DNA of 64,000 nucleotides from Oculina patagonica (Eukaryota): NCBI RefSeq assembly GCF_052425735.1, contig NC_135764.1, positions 25,296,001 to 25,360,000 of the forward strand, read 5' to 3'. Shown piece by piece: positions 59,365 to 64,000 of this stretch (position 1 is its first letter; each line of letters starts with the position of its first letter). The notes under the pieces were generated by a model. It saw only the letters and a program-made list of their open reading frames with translations, ran no database searches and was not told where the DNA came from. The position numbers and the translations under genes were made by a program.

Positions 59365-60781
59365 TTTTTAGCGCCCTGATGAAAACTTTTAAATCAGCTT
59401 AGAAAGGGCCAACGGACAATACAAAGGAACCGGATCTTGGTGGATCTGATCGGAAAAATGAAGAGAAACGACAAACGTACGGTCAGCCTTTCTGTCTTTT
59501 ATTAGTTGTTTGTAGGTGAACGAACGCAAGCCAGGTCTTTGTAAGGCAACGAACCTTTTATTTTCCCGAGCAAAAAGTCAAAAAAATGAAACTGTTTTGG
59601 AATATGCTGCTATAAAATATTAGGCCATTTTACACTGTAATATATTAAAATATATTCTTACTCCAAGGCAATTGTTATTCCGTGAATTATCAATTGCATA
59701 TTGAAAGCCCCGCTTTCCTAAGAAGATTTCTGTTGAAGAGTCCATTTTGTCTGCCATGATTTTTTGTGAAAAGAGACGAAAAGAGACGAACGCGAAAATT
59801 GGCTTGGTCGCATGGTTACAGTTTACCTCTCCTCCAAATTGACTCCTTAGGAAAGTTTACAAAAGGGACGTAATCTGTCTGATCTAGCTTATTTTCTCTT
59901 GATGGAAAGGGTCTCTTTCCGTCGTCCACTGCGTGATTTCTTTCTCTGTACTCAGTCTCCTCACGCTTTATCAAGGAGGAGGGAGAAATGGAACGAACAA
60001 TTGATGGCTTACTAAAATGGTCTTGAAAAATGTTTCACCAGGATTTAATTTGGAATACATTATCTTTTACTGCATTTGGTCTGAAATAAATGCTCATAAA
60101 ATAACAGTTTAAAAGGCCTCCCGTATTGCTCTGGCGTCTAGCTCTCTCGCGATTCTTTCAAATTCGTTCAAAGGTCGAAGAAAAATACGAAAAAAGTAGA
60201 GGGCTGTGAACAGGGGATGAGGTGCTCCATGCATGCTTTCAGTACCTTACGGGTTCACGCGTGAGACGGGGAAAACAGCTATCCTACACCGGCCTTTCAA
60301 AAAGAGATGTTGTGATTTCGAAAGAAAAGAGTCGGGGAGTGGACTTCAGGCGGAGAATGCGTAATCAGAAGCTGTCAAAGGGCCTGAATTGCGAGTTTGA
60401 AAGTCCTCTTTGTACGGTCCATTAACATTTGTATCTTCTTGACCTGTCATATGGGATCTGTAGCCACGCCCGAAGGAGATTTTAATCCCTTTGCACCCTT
60501 ATCCCCCCCCCCCCCCAAAAAAAGAAGTACATGCCAGCATCTTACCCCTCAGTAACAGGTATCTACTCTTTCTCCTTCTCCGGTCTCTTTCTCTCCCCAG
60601 TCTTTCTCTCGTTCTCCAGTCTCCTCCACATCGCTCACGTCTCGTGCCCCCTGCAGCTTGCCGCTCGCTCTGCCCTTTGCAGCAGTAAACAATTTGTTTT
60701 TTGGGCTATGTCATCACTGAAAGTGTTTTCAATTGGTCCCATCACAGGTCCTTATTAGGGTTTATTTCTTCTAATTATCGG

Positions 60782-60954
60782 TGGCCTGCGCAGCAGGCGT
60801 CTGAGTAGATTTTGTAGCGCGCGTTTGGGAGAAACGCGAAAGGCGCGAGAGGGCCACGCGAGGAAAAAATCAAAAAATCCTCGCGCGGCCTTTTCGCGAT
60901 CGCGCACTCTTTTAAACGCACTGAAAACTACACAGACGCCTGCTACGCAGGCTA
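60782..60954. mobile_element. MITE with 9-bp TSD
   Basis: TGGCCTGCGCAGCAGGCGTCTG ... CAGACGCCTGCTACGCAGGCTA, flanked by AATTATCGG on both sides. Confidence 0.75.
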
Positions 60955-61554
60955 AATTATCGGCGGAGGTCTACGTTTAGAGGGGTTTAGAGGAGGTCTA
61001 GAAGACTACGTTTTAAAAATGCAGAACTGGCGAAAATGGTTTTACACTTGATCAGTTCAAGAAAGTAACAAGGCCTATGATCAGTCTAGCAGGATGCCTG
61101 TTTAACATAAGTATCCGAAACATCTGGGCGGATGTGCGCTTGGATTTTTTAAACCTAACGAAAACAATTTGTCATTCATGGAATGCGTTCACGCACACCG
61201 CATTCCCCGGCGTTACTCGACCTCACTAAGAAAATTGTACATAAAGCACGATGAGTTATAAACAAACGAAATTTGCATAACACGACTCTAGTTACCACGG
61301 CAGGGCTAAATCTTCTCAGAAATTTAAATATTCCAACTAATGTACAAAATAATTGAATAAACAACATACTTGCAAGGTAAAGTTCATTCGTGTTTTTACA
61401 CCTCGTGGAATAGGTTCACCGTTTAGCCTCGTTCGCAAGTGTGCGTGACACTGGTGACTATTAATAACAAAACAGCTGAGTTCTGAGCGATCACCTTGAT
61501 TGAAGAAATGGTCGTTTTTTCTCGCTCGCTAATTTACTTAAGCTTGTGACAAAA

Positions 61555-61714
61555 ATGCCGGTTTCCGATTCTCTAGAGGCCATTGCTATGAAGCAAGAGG
61601 CCGAGAGATTCGAATCGGTTTCCCCGAATATTCAGTCGCTCTATGATCTTCTGGAAGGAATCGACAACGTGCCTTTGAAACGAAAGATACGAGAACTTGT
61701 GAATCGAATCGAGG
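61555..61714 (+). CDS. AGAP1: First coding exon of Arf-GAP with GTPase, ANK repeat and PH domain protein (AGAP1/3, centaurin-gamma); gene runs beyond the window
   Basis: MPVSDSLEAIAMKQEAERFESVSPNIQSLYDLLEGIDNVPLKRKIRELVNRIE-G|GTAGGT matches the AGAP1 N-terminus as recalled (AIRAEIQRFESVHPNIYSIYELLERVEEPVLQNQIREHVIAIED). Not in the ORF track. Confidence 0.85.
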
Positions 61715-64000
61715 GTAGGTGAATATAAATCGGTAGTAGTTTTATGGTGTCAATAGAAGTATAACTTTAATAGAGTCGGGGGGTTGAATCAGGAAGTCGA
61801 ACGTAAGGATGTGGTTTTCTCTACAGAAGCGAGTGCTGTAGATTTTTTACTGTTGAGTGCTTAAAGAATGGTAAAGCGCGTACGTCGGTTTACCGAGCTG
61901 CGTTCGCGAAGATAAACACGAACCAACGTACTTGACTTCACCATTCTTTTGCAAGATAGCAGTTTGTAAACAAAAGATTCCCACAAAATTCTCAGGAATT
62001 CTCCTTATGCATTGAATCGACGTTCAAACGATTTCGTTTCTAACCGCTGTTGCTGTAATTGTTGTCGAGTCGCTCATTGCTTAGAAGCTTTTATCATAAA
62101 TTCGGTTACGGGTGTATTGTTGGAGAAATTTGAAAAAAACTTAATTCCCGCTGTTCAAAATCATAAGCTACCTCGTGTAGTCAAGCTGCAAGTTTTCGAC
62201 ATACAGTTTATGTTTACTTGCTCCGAGAATGATGGAAAGTTGAAATAGATTTTTAAAAAAATATCTCAAGCCGCTAGAGATTTCAATGATGTATTTGATT
62301 TTGTACACGTTGTGACAGACATCGTTTTGTTCGCGTCCTGGGCATGTCGCGCAAAGATCTTTTCTTATCTTCTCATGTAAAACATTGCAAGGTGTATTTA
62401 TCTGAGGTCTGGATCAATCATGATTTTATACTGGCTTGAATCAAAGACGTTTGAATCAAAGAAAATCTATTCTGTCAAGGTTTGTACAAGCCGGAGAACT
62501 GCGAACAGTGTATAAATCTAGTGTTGACTTTTGCAGCTGAACGCATTTAAAAATGTAGTCTATAGAATATTTTCGAATGATTGTTTATGGATATATTTAT
62601 TTATTCGATCGAAGACGATGTTGCGAGAAGTCAAAAGCGTTTTAATATCCAACACATTTGTTTTATATTGATTGGTTGTTCGTTGCAAGTTCTTTGATGT
62701 CAATTTCACGGTTTCGAGAACCCATGCAAATTCGAGATGCAGTGAATTTTGTTGATCTAAATTCGTCACTTATTTGCATGTTCTTGTGCATGCGGTGATA
62801 ATCAAAATTAAATAGACTTCCTGCGCTTGGAAAAAAATTAAATGGATATAAATAGTGAACGTTTTTTAAAGAGGAGTGCTTGTAGTGCTTTGTTGTGGAG
62901 TATTTGCAAAAATAAGAGTACAAAATATATCCTGAAACTATTTTTTTTGTCTATTTATGCAGAATTCTTGAAAAATACGGTTGTGGTTTAGGGTATTTAA
63001 ATTTAATTTAAGATGCTTTTCCTCGGATTTAAGAGATTTTGTTATATGCTTGATAATTTATGCTTCCATACTCAATTCAATCAATGTGCACAAATATTAA
63101 ATTATATTTTGAAGGTATTGCTTTTTTGGCTCAAGCTTTTATTCAAGTGCCTTTGGTTGAGTATTTTAAGAAGCTATCAAAATTCATCTGTAATCAATAC
63201 CTTTCTTATTTACACCTCTCCTTTGAATCAATATTGCTGTCACTGAAAAGTCACCAAAGGCAAAAATATTCATGATTGTTTCTAAATAAATATAGCTACA
63301 TAGATCTGTACTTCTGTTACAAAGGGCACAAATTTTGAAACAAAAGAATTCCAAAGATTCAAATTATGGTAGACTGTTTCGTGGCTGTTAATGTATGTGA
63401 GGAATTTTGAATATCTGAAGAACTTGAACTAATCCTTTGCAAGCTGTCTTGAATCTTTATCTTTATCTTGAAATTATTCATTAATTATAAACTCCATCCC
63501 AACCCTCCAAGTTTACTATATTTTTTCCTTGGTGGCCACCGACTGCTCAAGTTTGGTTGCGAGTGAAAAATTTTTGTCGCTAAATTAAGCTCACGCATTC
63601 AATCCTTCTTCAGGCTGGGGACTTCGGCTCCAATTTAGTCGCCAGCCCCAAAATTAAGTTTCCATGGTGACTGAAATGGTCTTAACTTACAGGGTTGCAT
63701 CCCCTCTCAGGTCTCTCCAAAAGACTCTTAAGATAATGACACATTACCGGTATTATTTAAGCATCTTGAAGGCAATTCAATAATAAATAGACTTGAAATG
63801 TCATGTGTTTGGCATATTTCTGAAGTTGAATGATTGCTACTGCTGTACCTGGTCCCTTTGCTTGGCTGGATGGGGTGCTTCTAATCCATTGCAGATCCTC
63901 TCTCTTGAAAATCGCCAAAATCGCAAAATTAAGTCCCACGAAAATAAGTAACAATAAGGTAGATTGGGATTACCATGAACCAATCCAATTTGTCAGATGA

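Overview
AT-rich, intron-containing eukaryotic DNA, most likely from a stony coral or other anthozoan. That assignment is inferred from gene content and repeat style, not from a database search. Contents from left to right: (1) a LINE remnant; (2) a cluster of spliced, secreted CapA/PgsA (PGA_cap metallophosphatase-fold) genes, made up of one complete 7-exon copy on the minus strand (2685-9522), a plus-strand locus with exons 2-6 duplicated in tandem between a single exon 1 and a single exon 7 (14691-33974), and orphan exon-1 and exon-7 relics; (3) a two-exon secreted PAN/apple-EGF-fibrinogen-like gene; (4) a complete 16-exon CFAP210/CCDC173 gene; (5) a tandem pair of intronless 178/174-aa ORFs; (6) exon 1 of an AGAP/centaurin-gamma gene. 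The ORF pair is the best candidate for an undescribed system. Both proteins conserve motifs resembling the Glu-Arg-His catalytic signature of microbial barnase/RNase T1/alpha-sarcin ribonucleases, lack a signal peptide, and have NF-kB/IRF/C/EBP-like motifs upstream. Introns and spacers are full of MITEs, a deleted Sola3-like element, a Mutator-like element, SINEs and Penelope-type minimal hammerhead ribozymes. All exon boundaries and family assignments were made by eye.
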